Shown piece after piece: positions 1-12,672 of a stretch of 64,000 nucleotides of DNA. The position numbers were made by a program, and so were the translations under genes. The stretch comes from Octopus vulgaris (lineage: Eukaryota): NCBI GenBank assembly GCA_951406725.2, contig OX597818.1, positions 30,504,001-30,568,000 on the forward strand, read 5' to 3'. The stretch's first letter is position 1, and each line of letters begins with the position of its first letter. The notes under the pieces were generated by a model, which did not search any database, was not told the origin of the DNA, and saw only the letters and a program-made list of their open reading frames with translations.

Positions 1-59
1 GCAGGAATTTTATCTTGAGGTCTCCTCATATCTCAATTTTTCTTAGGATTCTTGTAGAA

Positions 60-285
60 TATAGGTTGGCACATTTCTGTAGGTTGACAGTGCAAGTCTC
101 AATTCCAGTCTCTTAGATAACATTTTGTGTGTTGTGCCAAGTGTACTAATTACCACAGGAATAATTGTCCTAGTCTTCTACAGACTCATCAGCTCTCTGG
201 CTATATCCTGATATTTCTCAATTTTTTCAATTTATCTGGTGTTGACTCTGTTATCATAGGTTATCATATTCTGTAATCATAGGAA
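60..285 (-). mobile_element. Degenerate C-terminal restriction-like endonuclease fragment of an R4/Dong/NeSL-type non-LTR element
   Basis: Minus strand reads approximately YDNRVN...EKYQDIARELMSL..TRTIIPVVISTLGTTH, a KY..L / PVVI..LG-type RLE signature, with frameshifts. Confidence 0.55.
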
Positions 286-1240
286 ATGGGGAAAACCTAG
301 AAGTAGCTGATAGCTTCCATTACCTAGGTGACCAAGTCAGTAGCAGGGGTGGATGCTCTGAGAGCGTAACTGCTAGAATAAGAATAGCCTGGGCAAAGTT
401 CAGAGAGCTCCTACTTCTGCTGGTAACGAAGGGCCTCTCGTGCAGGATGAAAGGTAGACTGTATGATGCATGTGTGTGAACAGCCATGTTACACACCAGT
501 GAAACACTGGCTGTGACTGCTGAGGACATGCGTAAGCTTGTAAGAAATGAAGCTAGTATGCTCCGCTGGATGTGTAATATCAGTGTGCATACACGACAGA
601 GTGTAAGTGGCCTGAGAGAGTTGGACATGAGATGTGGTGTACAAGAGAGATGATTGCGCTGGTATGGTCATGTGTTACATATGAATTAGGACAGCTGTGT
701 GAAAAAGTGTCACACCCTAACAGTGGAGGGATCTTGTGGAAGAGGTAGACCCAGGAAAACCTGGGACGAGGTGGTGAAGCACGACCTTCGAACATTGGTC
801 CTCAAAGAGTCAATGACAAAAGACTGAGTCCTTTGGACATATGCTGTGCTTGAGAAGACCCGACAAAACCAAATGAGACTGTAGCCACGGCCTATGCTAG
901 TGTCTCAGAACCAGTCCATTCAAGAGCACCTTTCAGTCATTGAGCAATATGCTGTGCTTGAGAAGACCTGTTGAGTCAAGTAAAATCATTGTCGTGGTTC
1001 CTATGCCAGTGGAATGTAAAGAGAAACATACAGCGTGGTTGACTGGCTCCCGTGCCAGTGGCATGTAAAAAGTACCCACTACACTCCTGAAGTGGTTGGC
1101 GTTAGGAAGGTCTCTACAGCTATCTAGAATCAATGCCAGATCAGATTGGAGCCTGGTGCATTCTCCAGGTTTGCCAGTCCTCAATCAAACCGTCCAACCC
1201 ATGCCAGCTTGGAAAGCGGACAATAAACGATGATGATGAA
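283..1240 (+). mobile_element. 5'-truncated RTE LINE (ORF C-terminus, 3' UTR and (GAT)n tail)
   Basis: Decayed frame YLGDQVSSRGGCSESVTARIRIAWAKFRELL...GRGRPRKTWDEVVKHDL; ends ...aaacgatgatgatg. Confidence 0.9.
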
Positions 1241-1633
1241 GTTAAGGGTAATTAACTTGTTGAATTGGTAGATCATTGAACAAAATGCCTTGCAATATTT
1301 GTTCTGGCTCTTTAAGTTCAGAGTTCAAATCTTTCCAACTGAGCCTTTTCTTTTATCCTTATGGCATCAACAAAGTAGAGTACAAGTCAGGGTCTGGGTC
1401 ATTTTAATCGACTATCTCCTTTCCCCAAATTTCAGATCTTGTGCCTCTGTTAGAAATGGTTTATTATTCTTGTTGTTAATGGGTAACTTTGGTCAACGTG
1501 CCTCAGGAACAGAGGTTACAAAAATGTCTGAAACTAAATGGCATATAGTTATCTAAACATAAACTTTTATAATTGTGAAAAATATTGTAAATAAATTGTA
1601 AATATATATAACATATTTCTAAATATTGTACAT

Positions 1634-2040
1634 AGGCGCAGGAGTGGCTGTGTGGTAAGTAGCTTGTTTACCAACCACATGATTCCGGGTTCAGTCCCAC
1701 TGCGTGGCACCTTGGGTGTCTTCTACTATAGCCTCGGGCCGACCAAAGCTTTGTGAGTGGATTTGGTAGACGGAAACTGAAAGAAGCCCGTCGTATATAT
1801 GTATATATATATATGTATGTGTGCGTGTATGTTTGTGTGTCTGTGTTTGTCTCCCTAGCATTGCTTGACAACCGATGCTGGTGTGTTTATGTCCCCATCA
1901 CTTAGCGGTTTGGCAAAAGAGACCGATAGAATAAGTACTGGGCTTACAAAGAATAAGTCCCGGGGTCGAGTTGCTCGATTAAAGGCGGTGCTCCAGCATG
2001 GCCGCAGTCAAATGACTGAAAAAAGTAAAAGAGTAAAGAG
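1634..2040 (+). mobile_element. tRNA-derived SINE family 1 (about 400 bp, internal TA/TG microsatellite)
   Basis: Head aggcgcaggagtggctgtgtggtaag with A box and B box (ggttcagtccc), tail (aaaagagt)n. Near-identical copies occur elsewhere in the window. Confidence 0.9.
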
Positions 2041-2065
2041 ATATGTACACCATTTTTATGTGAAT

Positions 2066-4873
2066 ATCATCATCATCGTTTAACGTCCGTTTTCCGCACT
2101 AGCACGGGTTGGACGGTTCGACCGGGGTCTGGGGAGCCAGGGGCTGCCCCAGGCTCCAGTCTGGTCTGGCAGTGTTTCTACAGCTGGATGCCCTTCCTAA
2201 CGCCAACCACTCCGCGAGTGTAGTGGGTGCTTTTTACGTGCCACCTGCACAGGTGCCAGAGGGGTCTGGCATCGGCCACGATCAGTTGGTGTTTTTTTTG
2301 TTTTTTTTTGTGCTACCGGCACAGAAGGCGGTGCTGGCATCGGTCACATTCGGATGGTGATTTTTATGTTCCACCGGCACAGAAGCCAGTCGGGGCGGTG
2401 CTGGCATCGGCCACGTTCGGATGTTGCCTTTTATGTGCCACCGGCACAGAACCCATTCGAGGCGGGGTTGGCATCGGTCACGTTCGGATGGTGCTTTTTA
2501 TGTGCCACCGGCACAGAAGCCAGTGGAGGCTGCACTGGCGACGGCCACGTTCGGATGGTGCTTTTTATGTGTCACCGGCACAGGTATCACAACTACTACT
2601 GTTTCCATTGATATTTGGTTCGATGTTCATGTACATGCACTTGACTCAACAGGTCTCCTCAAGCACAGCGAGATGTTCCACGATCGGTTGGTGCTTTTTA
2701 TGTGCCACCGGCACAGAAGCCAGTCGGCGTGGTGCTGGCATCGGCCACGTTCGGATGTTGCCTTTATGGCACAGAAGCCAGTGGAGGCTGCACTGGCAAT
2801 GGCCTCGATCGGACGGTGCTTTATATGTGTCACCGGCACAGGTATCACAACTACTGTTTCCATTGATATTTGGTTCGATATTCATGTGTCACCGGCACAG
2901 AAGACATTCGAGGCGGGGTTGGCATCGGTCACGTTCGGATGGAGCTTTTTATGTGCCACCGGCACAGAAGCCAGTGGAGGCTGCACTGGCAACGGCCACA
3001 TTCGGATGGTGCTTTATATATGTCACCGGCACAGGTATCACAACTACTGTTTCCATTGATATTTGGCTCGATGTTCATGTGCCACCGGCACAGAAGCCAT
3101 TCTAGGCGGGGTAGGCATCGGTCACGTTCGGATGGTGCTTTTTCCATTGATATTTGGCTCGATGTTCATGTGTCACCGGCACAGAAGCCATTCGAGGCGG
3201 GGTAGGCATCGGTCACGTTCGGATGGTGCATTTTATGTGCCACCGGCACAGAAGCCAGTGGAGGCTGCACTGGCAACGGCCACGTTCGGATGGTGCTTTT
3301 TATGTGTCACCGGCACAGGTATCACAACTACTGTTTCCATTGATATTTGGTTCGATGTTCATGTGCCACCGGCACAGAAGCCATTCGAGGCGGGGTTGGC
3401 ATCGGTCACGTTCGGATGGAGCTTTTTATGTGCCACCGGCACAGAAGCCAGTGGAGGCTGCACTGGCGACGGCCACGATCAGATGGTGCTTTCCATGTGT
3501 CACCGGCACAGGTATCACAACTACTGTTTCCATTGATATTTGGTTCGATGTTCATGTATATGCACTTGACTTGACAGGTCTCCTCAAGCACAGCGAGATG
3601 TTCCAGGATCCAAGGTACTTTGGATGGGCAGGGGGTATGCGGAACTGGTGCCGGGAGCATCCCGGGTCTTAGTAGTCACAGCACATCTCCAGAGGTCTCG
3701 GTCCTTCGCCATTGCCTCAGTGAGGCCCAACGCTCTGAGGTCATGCTTGACTACCTCATTCCATGTCTTCCTGGGTCTACCTCTCCCCTGATTCCTTCAA
3801 CTGTTCGGGAGTGGCACTTCTTCACACATCTCTCCTCATCCATCCGCAATACATGACCATACCATCGCAAGCGTCGCTCTTGCACACCGCATCTGATGCT
3901 TCTTATGCCTAGCATTTCTCTCAGGGTGCTTACACTCTGTTGTGCATTCAAACTGACATTACACATCCAGCGGATCATGCTAGCTTCATTTCTTTCAAGT
4001 CTACGCATGTCCTTTGCAGTCACGGCCCATGTTTCACTGCCGTGAAGCATGGCAGTTCGCACACATGCATCATACAATCTACCTTTCACTCTGAGTGAGA
4101 GACCCTTTGTCGCCAGTAGGGGTAGGAGCTTTCTAAACTTTGCCCAGGCTATTCGTATTCTAGTGGTGACACTCTCTGAGCATCCACCCCCACTACTAAC
4201 TTGGTCACCCAGGTAGCGGAACCTATCAACTACTTCTAGTTTATCCCCCTGGAGTGTGATGGAATCTGTTTTTTAGGTGTCTGTGGTGTCTATTGTCCCT
4301 GTGCATCTGCCGCACATGAAAGCTATCTTATCAGTTAATTTCCCTTTGATGTTGCTGCACCTCTTATGCGTCCATAGCTTACACTGGGTGCATCTTATGG
4401 AGTTTCTACCTACACCTTTCCTACAGCTTGAGCAGGGCCACCTGCCCGATGGGGGTGTACTGAGTTCGCCTTTCTGCATACTATAACTTTGGTCTTCGCT
4501 ACATTTACTCTAAGGCCCTTAGATTCTAACCCTTGTTTCCACACCCGAAATTTCTTTTTTAGTTCCGGTAGTGATTCTGCTATGAGGGCCAGGTCATCAG
4601 CATAGAGGAGCTCCCAGGGGCAACCTGTTTTGAATTCCTCTGTTATTGCCTGGAGGACTATGATGAATAAAAGGGGACTGAGGGCTGAGCCCTGATGTAC
4701 ACCTACTTCTACCCGGAATTCTTCACTATATTCGTTGCCAATCCTAACCTTGCTGACAGCCTCTCTGTATAGAGCCTGTACAGCCCTTATTAGCCATTCA
4801 TCGATCAACAGTTTCCGCATCGACCACCAGATAAGGGATCAGGGAACCCTGTCAAAGGCTTTCTCCAAATCCA
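2066..4873 (-). mobile_element. 5'-truncated RTE LINE with partial RT and an expanded ~1.5-kb repeat-array 3' UTR
   Basis: ORF 4410..4820 (GVHQGSALSPLLF...LLYADD), ORF 4273..4479 (Cys-rich CxxC cluster) and ORF 3751..4089; (CAT)n tail at 2066. Confidence 0.93.
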
Positions 4874-5056
4874 CTGTATTATATAGATTTGCTCTTTATT
4901 GTCAGAAATATATTGTTATTCAAAATAGCATTGTAACATGCTGTTCACACATATTCCAAATGTTTATGTTTGGCGATCAATTTATAATTAGAGCTATTCC
5001 AGCTGTGTCTATCCTTTCTTTGTGTTTTCTTGAACTTTACTATCTAATGTGTCCTT

Positions 5057-5475
5057 AGATCTTTTCGGTTTGAACAGCAGGTTTTTCTAGCGGTGTCATA
5101 TAAAATTGTCACCCATAATTATGACCCTAGTATTGATCTATTGCATTTCAATCTGTTTTATGGTTAGGGTTAGGGGTGGGGGGAAGGGTAGCTTTTTTTT
5201 CTTCACAAATGTAAATAAACCCAATCTATTTCTTAAACGAGGGACATATTCATACAGCACAATGTTTTTTTACCTCAATAGACGTCAGTGATTGGTTGAA
5301 ATTGCAGAAATTGAAGAAGAAAAAAACAACAAATATCTTACAAACTATAGAATTTTCTCAATAAAGCCGAGAGAAAAAGATGTTTTATAAACACATTCTA
5401 CCAGTATACAAAGCTTAAAATTTTTTAGTTACCTAGAAATTATGTTAAAAACTGCCGTTCAAACTGAAAAGATCC
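5057..5475. mobile_element. MITE with GGATCTTTTCGGTTTGAA TIRs and 8-bp TSD
   Basis: TIRs at both ends; TSD gtgtcctt/atgtcctt (1 mismatch). A second copy lies at 37327-37726. Confidence 0.85.
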
Positions 5476-5669
5476 ATGTCCTTTCCATTTTTTAGATGGA
5501 GACATTTGTGGGTATTTGTGGTAAGCTGCTAAAGTAAACACAACAACATCAGTTGTCAAGCGATGGTGCGGGTACAAACACACACAAGTATACACATATA
5601 TATGACAGTCTTCGTACAGTTTCTATATACAAAATCCACTCTCAAAGCCTTGGTCAGCCTGAGGCAATA

Positions 5670-5682
5670 GTGTGTGTGTTTG

Positions 5683-5735
<53 letters not shown>

Positions 5736-5774
5736 GTATATATTTAGACATGTATATACATATTTAGACACATG

Positions 5775-5808
<34 letters not shown>

Positions 5809-5867
5809 TATATATATATGTATATATTTAGACATGTATATACATATTTAGACACATGTATATATCA

Positions 5868-5900
<33 letters not shown>

Positions 5901-6076
5901 TATATATATGTATATATTTAGATATGTATATACATATTTAGACACATGTATATATCTATATATATACACACACACATATATATATATATGTATATATTTA
6001 GACATGTATATACATATTTAGACAAATGTATATATCAATATATACATATCTATATATACACATATATATGCATATA
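5670..6076. repeat. Compound TA/CA minisatellite with a recurring tttagacatgtatatacatatttagacacatg unit
   Basis: Four visible higher-order units of about 85 bp. Confidence 0.85.
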
Positions 6077-7346
6077 CTAGCAGAGACATCCGGCATTGCT
6101 TGGGATTAAAATGGCATAGTTTGTATATAATATATTACAGTTATGTTGAAACAGGTGATATGGGAAAGTGCAGCATTGACAACAAAGCATTTGTGGAGTA
6201 AATGATTGGCTAATTCGACTAAGCAACATGCTATGTGTCTGTTTGGAGTATTTCAGGCCCTAACCTGTGGGGGTTATGTGATTTTTGAACGCACCAAGAA
6301 ACTGTCAGTGGATATACTCTCTGTTGCAGCAATCAGCACTGTGTCTAACATGATCCATTATCTGAAATGTTGACACCTCCTTCGGACTTGTTGTCCTACA
6401 TCACTCATAAAGTAAATTTGGAGGAACTGTAGTTGTTCATTTGTGGGTAACAGGGAACCAATGAGGTGATAGACTTGCTCTTGAACTTTGACGTCATTGT
6501 AAATTCATGTTTATATATCTTCTTAGATGCACCAAAAGATGTCATTTGCAGAGTTGTATTGTCTGATATTGTTCAGAAAATCTTTTGACTGGATGGAAAT
6601 GCCTTCTAGAAGATCCATAAGAGGTTGAGAAGGAGCTGATAGTGCTGGCAATGTTACCTGACCACCTGAGCAGCACATACCATTTATTTCATTTGAAAAT
6701 TTTAAAGCTCTACAGAAAAGACAATTTGTGTTTAGTACACCAATTTGGACAGAGTTATTATTTTTATAAGAATGGGATGGATCATTTCTGAAAACAGCTT
6801 CAGGAGTTGTGAAGAACGAATTTGTATGTCTGTTTCTGAGAGCTATTCTATTGGACCTCTGTCTAATCATTAAAACATTGATTTAATGATCCAGCATTAA
6901 AACTGATGTTGAGAAAATCTCATCTAGCTTCTCTCTTCAGACTCTCACCTTCGGTTTTCTACAATCCTCTTTCCTTTATACTTGTTTCTGGAGAGATTAC
7001 GTCTTTTGATTGGTGGCATATTTTTCCCAATATTGTAAACAAAAAATTATGAACATATAAAGAAATTATACATCCTGTACTCCCCTTGTTGCTGGCGAAA
7101 TGGTATATGCCGGCTGTCTGAGCAACTGGTTGTTTTAATGGCGGAACAAACAGGACATTAAAGATTACAAAAATAGCTATTCTCACTTTGAAACTCATGA
7201 TTTTGAAAATCTTTTTAGATTACAGAATGCCCAGCTCTCTCATGTATCCCTGTTTAAAATTTCAGAGCGATTGGATGAACAATACTTGAGTTATAGGCAC
7301 ACAAACAGACAGACAGACAGACAACAGATTTTATATATTAAGAAGA
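6077..7346 (-). mobile_element. Internally deleted Helitron
   Basis: On the minus strand, a TC 5' end with (CTGT)n and a 3' hairpin plus CTAG (ctagcagagacatccggcattgcttggg on +). ORF 6523..6870 CLFCRALKF..E..GMCCSGGQV.LP...F..NIRQYNS matches the Helitron Rep N-terminal Zn-finger region. Confidence 0.82.
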
Positions 7347-7386
7347 TAAGCACATGTATATATCAATATATACATATCTATATATG

Positions 7387-7428
<42 letters not shown>

Positions 7429-7579
7429 AATATATATGTATACACACACACACACATATATATACACACATATACATATATATATCATCATCGATGATGA
7501 TATATATACACATATAGATATACATATATATATATACACGCACACACATATATACATTTATATATATTTATTTATATAT

Positions 7580-8835
7580 ATATATAAATAAACATAAAAT
7601 CTTCTCTATGCAAAACATGGATCTGAAACTCAATAAATTTGTGTCAATAATGCGAGCCATGTGCATTAAATATGTCTCAGAAAAGAGAGCCAATGCACAC
7701 AAAAATATCATTTCCCAAGACAGGAGAATATACTCATGCAGTGGAGAATAAAGATCTCGAATTATTTAAACAAACACCTTAATGACAGTGTGAAATCCCA
7801 CCTGACAGAGGAACTCTTCGAAATAGAAACTAAACTCAAAATCTTTCATGATAAAGAAAGAGAAACCTGGGCAGTCAAAAATATAAAAAGAAATCCTAAA
7901 GCCTTCTACACGCTGGCAAAGGAGTCTGCCTCAGTTTGCTATAAGATAGAGGCACTATTTGGTAACAACAGCTCACTAGCTGCAGACCAAGGGAAGATAA
8001 GTGAAGCACTAAATAAAGAATTCCGAAGTGTTTTCACTTATCCACTGAAAATATGCAAATAAACAAGTCGGAGGAGTTTTTCAATGTAGCAAATCTATTC
8101 AGAAAAGAGGCAACCATCGATTACATCAACATAACAGAAGAGGATGAGATGAGATCAAACTCAGCAACAGGCTCAGATGGACTCCTGGCTGTTCTCTTAA
8201 AGACATGTAAAGAAGCTCTCGCAAAGCAACTGCAGAAACTCTTTCAATTTCCTTGCATGTGGTAAACTTCCCAACTTGCTAAAAGAGGGTATAATATGCC
8301 CTGTCCATAAAGGAGGGAGCAGATGCTAAAAACTACAGGCCCATCTCTGACTTCACATGTTAGCAAGACAATGGAAGGCATTGTCAGAAAAAGGCTGATC
8401 ATGTTCCTTGAAGAATACAACCTTACAACATTTTCACAAACACGGAACATGGCTTCCATCCAGGGAGGAGCTGCTTCACGCAGTTGCTGCAGCACTTTGA
8501 CTGGGTACTAAAGCAACAGCTAAACCAGTTAGCTGTAGACATAATATATCTCAACTTTGACAAGGTTGATCATGACATGAGAGTGGCTGCATGATTTTGT
8601 GAAGGGCAGGAGTCAGACAGTTGTAGCCATTGGTACTCACTCTGAAGAGACACCAATTCGCAGCGGAGTCCAACAGGGAACTGTACTGGGGCCACTACTA
8701 TTTGCGGTGGCCTTCACAGATGTGCCCTCTGTGGTACAGGTAGCCAATCTGACCAGTTATGCTGATGATACAAAAGTATCGCAGGTAGTTAGGAACCTAG
8801 AGGACATAAAACTGCAGAAAGACCTGAATGACCTG
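7580..8835 (+). mobile_element. Decayed CR1/L2-group LINE reverse transcriptase fragment
   Basis: IKRNPKAFY, G.DG...LLKTCK, SLTSHVSKTME, SGVQQGTVLGPLLF and YADDTK, spread over frameshifted ORFs. Confidence 0.85.
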
Positions 8836-9002
8836 AAACCATGTGGTTGGTAAGCAAGCTACTTACCACACAACCACTCCTGCGCCTATCACACAATGTC
8901 AAGGCAAGGAGACACACTCACACATTCAAACATGTACGTGCACACATAAAACATACACATGCATATATATATAAACGTATATATATATATATATATGTGT
9001 AT

Positions 9003-9372
9003 ATACAAAATTTAAAGGACTGACCACTAAAAGTGGATGGTCAACATGCTAGATATAGACGTCAAAATCGCTATTTTCCACAAAGAATGTGTTCTCAAAT
9101 AAAAAAACTCAGCACAAACCAAAGCATTAAAAATAAGCAAGACAAATGAAAATATATTAACAATCGAAACTGATCGGTACATAGGTAATCATTTTTATTT
9201 CGTATATTTTCATTTGTCCATCGGTAATTATTTGTCTTGCTTATTTTTAATGCTTTGGTTTGTGCTGAGTTTTTATTTGAGAACACATTCTTTGTGGAAA
9301 ATAGCGATTTTGACGTCTATATCTAGCATGTTGACCGTCCACTTTTAGTGGTCAGTCCTTTAAATTTTGTAT
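9003..9372. repeat. Long, near-perfect inverted repeat (arms about 140 bp, spacer about 85 bp)
   Basis: Approximately 9003-9147 is the reverse complement of approximately 9230-9372. Confidence 0.9.
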
Positions 9373-9649
9373 GTAAAAATATTTTAATCTTTGGATTTTT
9401 TTAATATGCTAGGTCACTGGTTTTAATTGATTAATATCAATTTCTACTCTTATTAAATTTTATATATATATATAATATATATATATATACATATACATAC
9501 ATACACACACGATGAGCTTCTTTCAGTTTCCACTGGGGAAGCAAACTTCTTAACCACAGCTATGCCTGTACCTAATGATAAATATGCATTGCAGTCTAAA
9601 TTGTCTTTTCTCTCCAGATACAGTGCATCTAGGACTATATTATGTAATG

Positions 9650-9865
9650 TGTCACCTCCTGCGAACAACAGGATTGCAGGGACACACAGAAAATACAAAC
9701 TATGCAATTCCAGAGCCTACTCCTCACCTTCGATCCCAACAGACAACCAATGCCCAACCTGTAGCAGAGCCTTCCAAGTACACAATGGACTGGTCAGCCA
9801 CAGCTGGACACACTGTGCTCCGTTTATTTTTCTCATCTTTGGTTATTGTCAACAATGACAGACAA
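9650..9865 (+). mobile_element. RTE-BovB-type 3' end remnant (C2H2-like finger)
   Basis: CPTCSRAFQVHNGLVSHSWTH in ORF 9562..9858. Confidence 0.55.
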
Positions 9866-9899
9866 ACTGTTATATCTAATGTGTCCCTTTTTAGGTTGG

Positions 9900-10275
9900 T
9901 GGGATGTTAAGTAATTTTTTGGCTCAAAAAGCAAAAAGCAAGGCCATGTAGGGGGACATGGAGTTATGTACAGGGAGGGTGTTCATGCAAAGAGTTCAGG
10001 CCATTTCTGGTCCATAGAGACTTTGAGCCGAGCGGTCGTCGGCATCTTCACTATCTTGTCTGGCAGCTTATTCCACGGATCCGCAACCCGGACGGAGAAA
10101 GCCCCCTCTCCTTCGATTGAGATGAAATCGTCGCAGATAGAGCTTTTTGGAGTGACCCCCACAGCCGACGCTCTGGAGCAGGAGTGAAGAACAGCTCTTT
10201 CGAGAGGTTACACTTTCCGCTTATGATGTTGTGAGCAAGAATGAGATCACCATGGCGTCATCGTTTTTCTAGAGA
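9900..10275 (-). mobile_element. CR1-group LINE 3' end
   Basis: Minus frame ..GDLILAHNIISG...GHSKKLY....NRRR..FSVRVADPWNKLP, typical of a CR1 ORF2 C-terminus. Confidence 0.75.
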
Positions 10276-10453
10276 AAGGAAGGTTTTTTTGCCGTTTCTA
10301 TCAGGCTGAGAAACCATTTAGAATTACCTTCACTGATGTATCTAGCTTTATAAGTACCACTAGTATCTCTTTGCTTATCATTTAAATATTTTCAAATTAT
10401 AGATTATGTTAATGTGTTCCTTCATTTTTCTTGTGACCAGAAATCTCTCTCTC

Positions 10454-10485
<32 letters not shown>

Positions 10486-10521
10486 TTTCTACATCATTGT
10501 TCCCCATTTTTATATTTTTAG

Positions 10522-10625
10522 ATGTGGCGAGTAAAAAAGATTCAAAGAAACCTGTTACTTCCTATTCCCATTGGTTGATGAAATCTGAACCGGAGTCCAG
10601 ACTTGAAAATGGAGTTGATGTTAAG
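10522..10625 (+). CDS. THYN1: THYN1 coding exon (first one found; phase-1 start, so the ATG exon lies further upstream)
   Basis: Acceptor tatttttag, donor AAG|gttaga. Translates (D)VASKKDSKKPVTSYSHWLMKSEPESRLENGVDVK; WLMKSEP is the hallmark start of the EVE domain. Confidence 0.95.
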
Positions 10626-11062
10626 GTTAGAATATATTTTCTACTATTACCCTGTAATACAATCTATAGTTGCTAGCAGCTTCATTTTCTTCCCATTCTT
10701 TTACATTTAAACTTAATGTATGCTTACACATGCACCTAATAACCTTGGTTTTCAAGAGTCAGTTTAAGAATTTTGATGACTTCATTCATTTTGCTTTTTA
10801 TATTTATGCTGAAGTATTTGAAGTATTTTGGGGGAGAAAACGGATTATTTCTAAGTTGTGAAAATGGGATGGGATAAGTGTTGAAAACAACAAAAAGAGT
10901 AAAGGAATGAAATTTCTTTTGGGTAGAGAGTCTGAGAGTACAAAAAAAAAAAAAAAAAAAGAGAAAGCTAAACATTGGCACTGATCCATTTGAGACTTCT
11001 GCTTTTCACAGTCACCATCATTATCATCATCATCATAGCATCTACTTTTCCATGCTTGCATA

Positions 11063-11415
11063 TCATCATCATCATCATCGTTTAACGTCCGCTTTCCATG
11101 CTAGCATGGGTTGGACGGTTCAACTGGGGTCTGGGAAGCCCGAAGGCTGCACCAGGCCAGTCAGATTTGGCAGTGTTTCTACAGCTGGATGCCCTTCCTA
11201 ACGCCAACCACTCCATGAGTGTAGTGGATGCTTTTTACGTGCCACCGACACAGGTGCCAGGTGAGGCTGGCAACGGCTACGCTCGGATGGTGCTTTTTAC
11301 GTGCCACCAGCATGGAGGCCAGGTGAGGCTGGCAATGGCCATGATCGGATGGTGTTTGTTACGTGCCACCGGCACGGAGGCCAGTCGATGCGGTGCTGGC
11401 TACGGCCACGTTCAG
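11063..11415 (-). mobile_element. RTE 3'-UTR/tail fragment
   Basis: (CAT)n-cgtttaacgtccgctttccatgctagcatggg...cccttcctaacgccaacc plus hairpin units; same family as the tails at 2066 and 32010. Confidence 0.88.
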
Positions 11416-12278
11416 GTAGTTAGACAAAAAGCTAGATGCTTTTCTTGTCACCAATCCTTACTTATTTCCAAGTAAGATGTTATTCCCCCATAACTAAATA
11501 TGTCTCAGAAGATTGGAAATAAAAGACACTGATTGCATGATGTGACACTAGCTTACAACTATCATGTGATGTCAAGTCAAGGGGATAGTAACATATGTGC
11601 ACTCATGTGCGTGCACATATTGCCAGCTCTGGTCAAACTGTCCAACCCATACCAGCATGGACAATTGCTGTTAAATGATGATGATGAAATGATATGCACA
11701 CAACAGCCTTCCTTCAGTTTCCCTCTACCAAATCCACTCACAAGTCTTTGGTTGGTCTGGGACATTTGCCCAAGGTGCTATGCAGTGGTGGGATTGAACC
11801 CAAAAACCCAAAAAATGTTTTGGAAGCAAACATCTTACCACAGAGTCACACTTGCATTGCATGTCTCAAGTTAAATAAATTAGTAGTATCTGTTGATCAT
11901 TGAAGAATATTAAAATATGTGAAGAAGTGGTATGAAGATTTTGTAATAGCACTTATAGCTTTATGTCTTATTGAAATAACATTATTTCATATTTGAGTCA
12001 CATTTAAGAACTGTTCTTATTGAATACTCACTCATTTTTACTTAGGTAAGTCCTTAACAAGATAATTTTCAAAAATATGGAAACTTCTAAAAAACGTTTT
12101 GATTCCTGACTCATCTTTATCATCACCATCACTATAGCCACCTCCACTTCCTTCTTTATTCTTGTTGGCAAGCATTGAATGGATATGCAATATGGAACAA
12201 TTGTGAGGAAGTGATTCCAAGTGTTATTAGCTTTGGAAAACAATTATGGAACAGTGGAACACAAATCCTATAAATTAA

Positions 12279-12499
12279 CCCTTTTGATACCAACCCTCCT
12301 GAGACCACTCCTGGTTCTATGATACAAACTTCCTATTTTAAAATGTTTTCAATCAAAACCGTCCATCAAAATTTCATGTTAATTTATCTTCCAAATACCA
12401 GATTGATAATGATAAAGTTATTTTAATAAATTTTTTATTATTTTATGATTAATCAAAACAAAAGTAGTGTAGTTCAGCTGAAATATGGTAACAAAAGGG
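12279..12499. mobile_element. piggyBac-type MITE (CCCTT...AAGGG, TTAA TSD)
   Basis: ttaa|cccttttgatacc...ggtaacaaaaggg|ttaa. Confidence 0.8.
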
Positions 12500-12672
12500 T
12501 TAACACAATATGAGATGCATCCATTGTTATGTCTGATGGAAGTCAATAGAAAAAGATGATATTACCACCACTGATAGTTTTGTGTCATCTCATCTGTGAG
12601 CCTTGTTATGTTGAAATCTGATACATCTTTCCATATTTACTTTGGATTTCATTTGTTATATGTACTTCTACT

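Noticed and set aside
1634-1712. tRNA genes at SINE heads (also near 12900-12975 and 60340-60425)
   Set aside because: The A/B boxes continue into multi-copy SINE bodies with tails and TSDs; no convincing complete cloverleaf.
2225-3560. CRISPR array (palindromic repeats with spacers)
   Set aside because: The spacers recur rather than being unique, no cas genes are present, the context is eukaryotic, and the array lies between an RTE ORF end and its (CAT)n tail.
2227-3672. Long Cys/His/Arg-rich ORFs (292, 212, 172 aa)
   Set aside because: They are open in several frames of a stop-poor tandem repeat and antisense to the RTE; artefacts.
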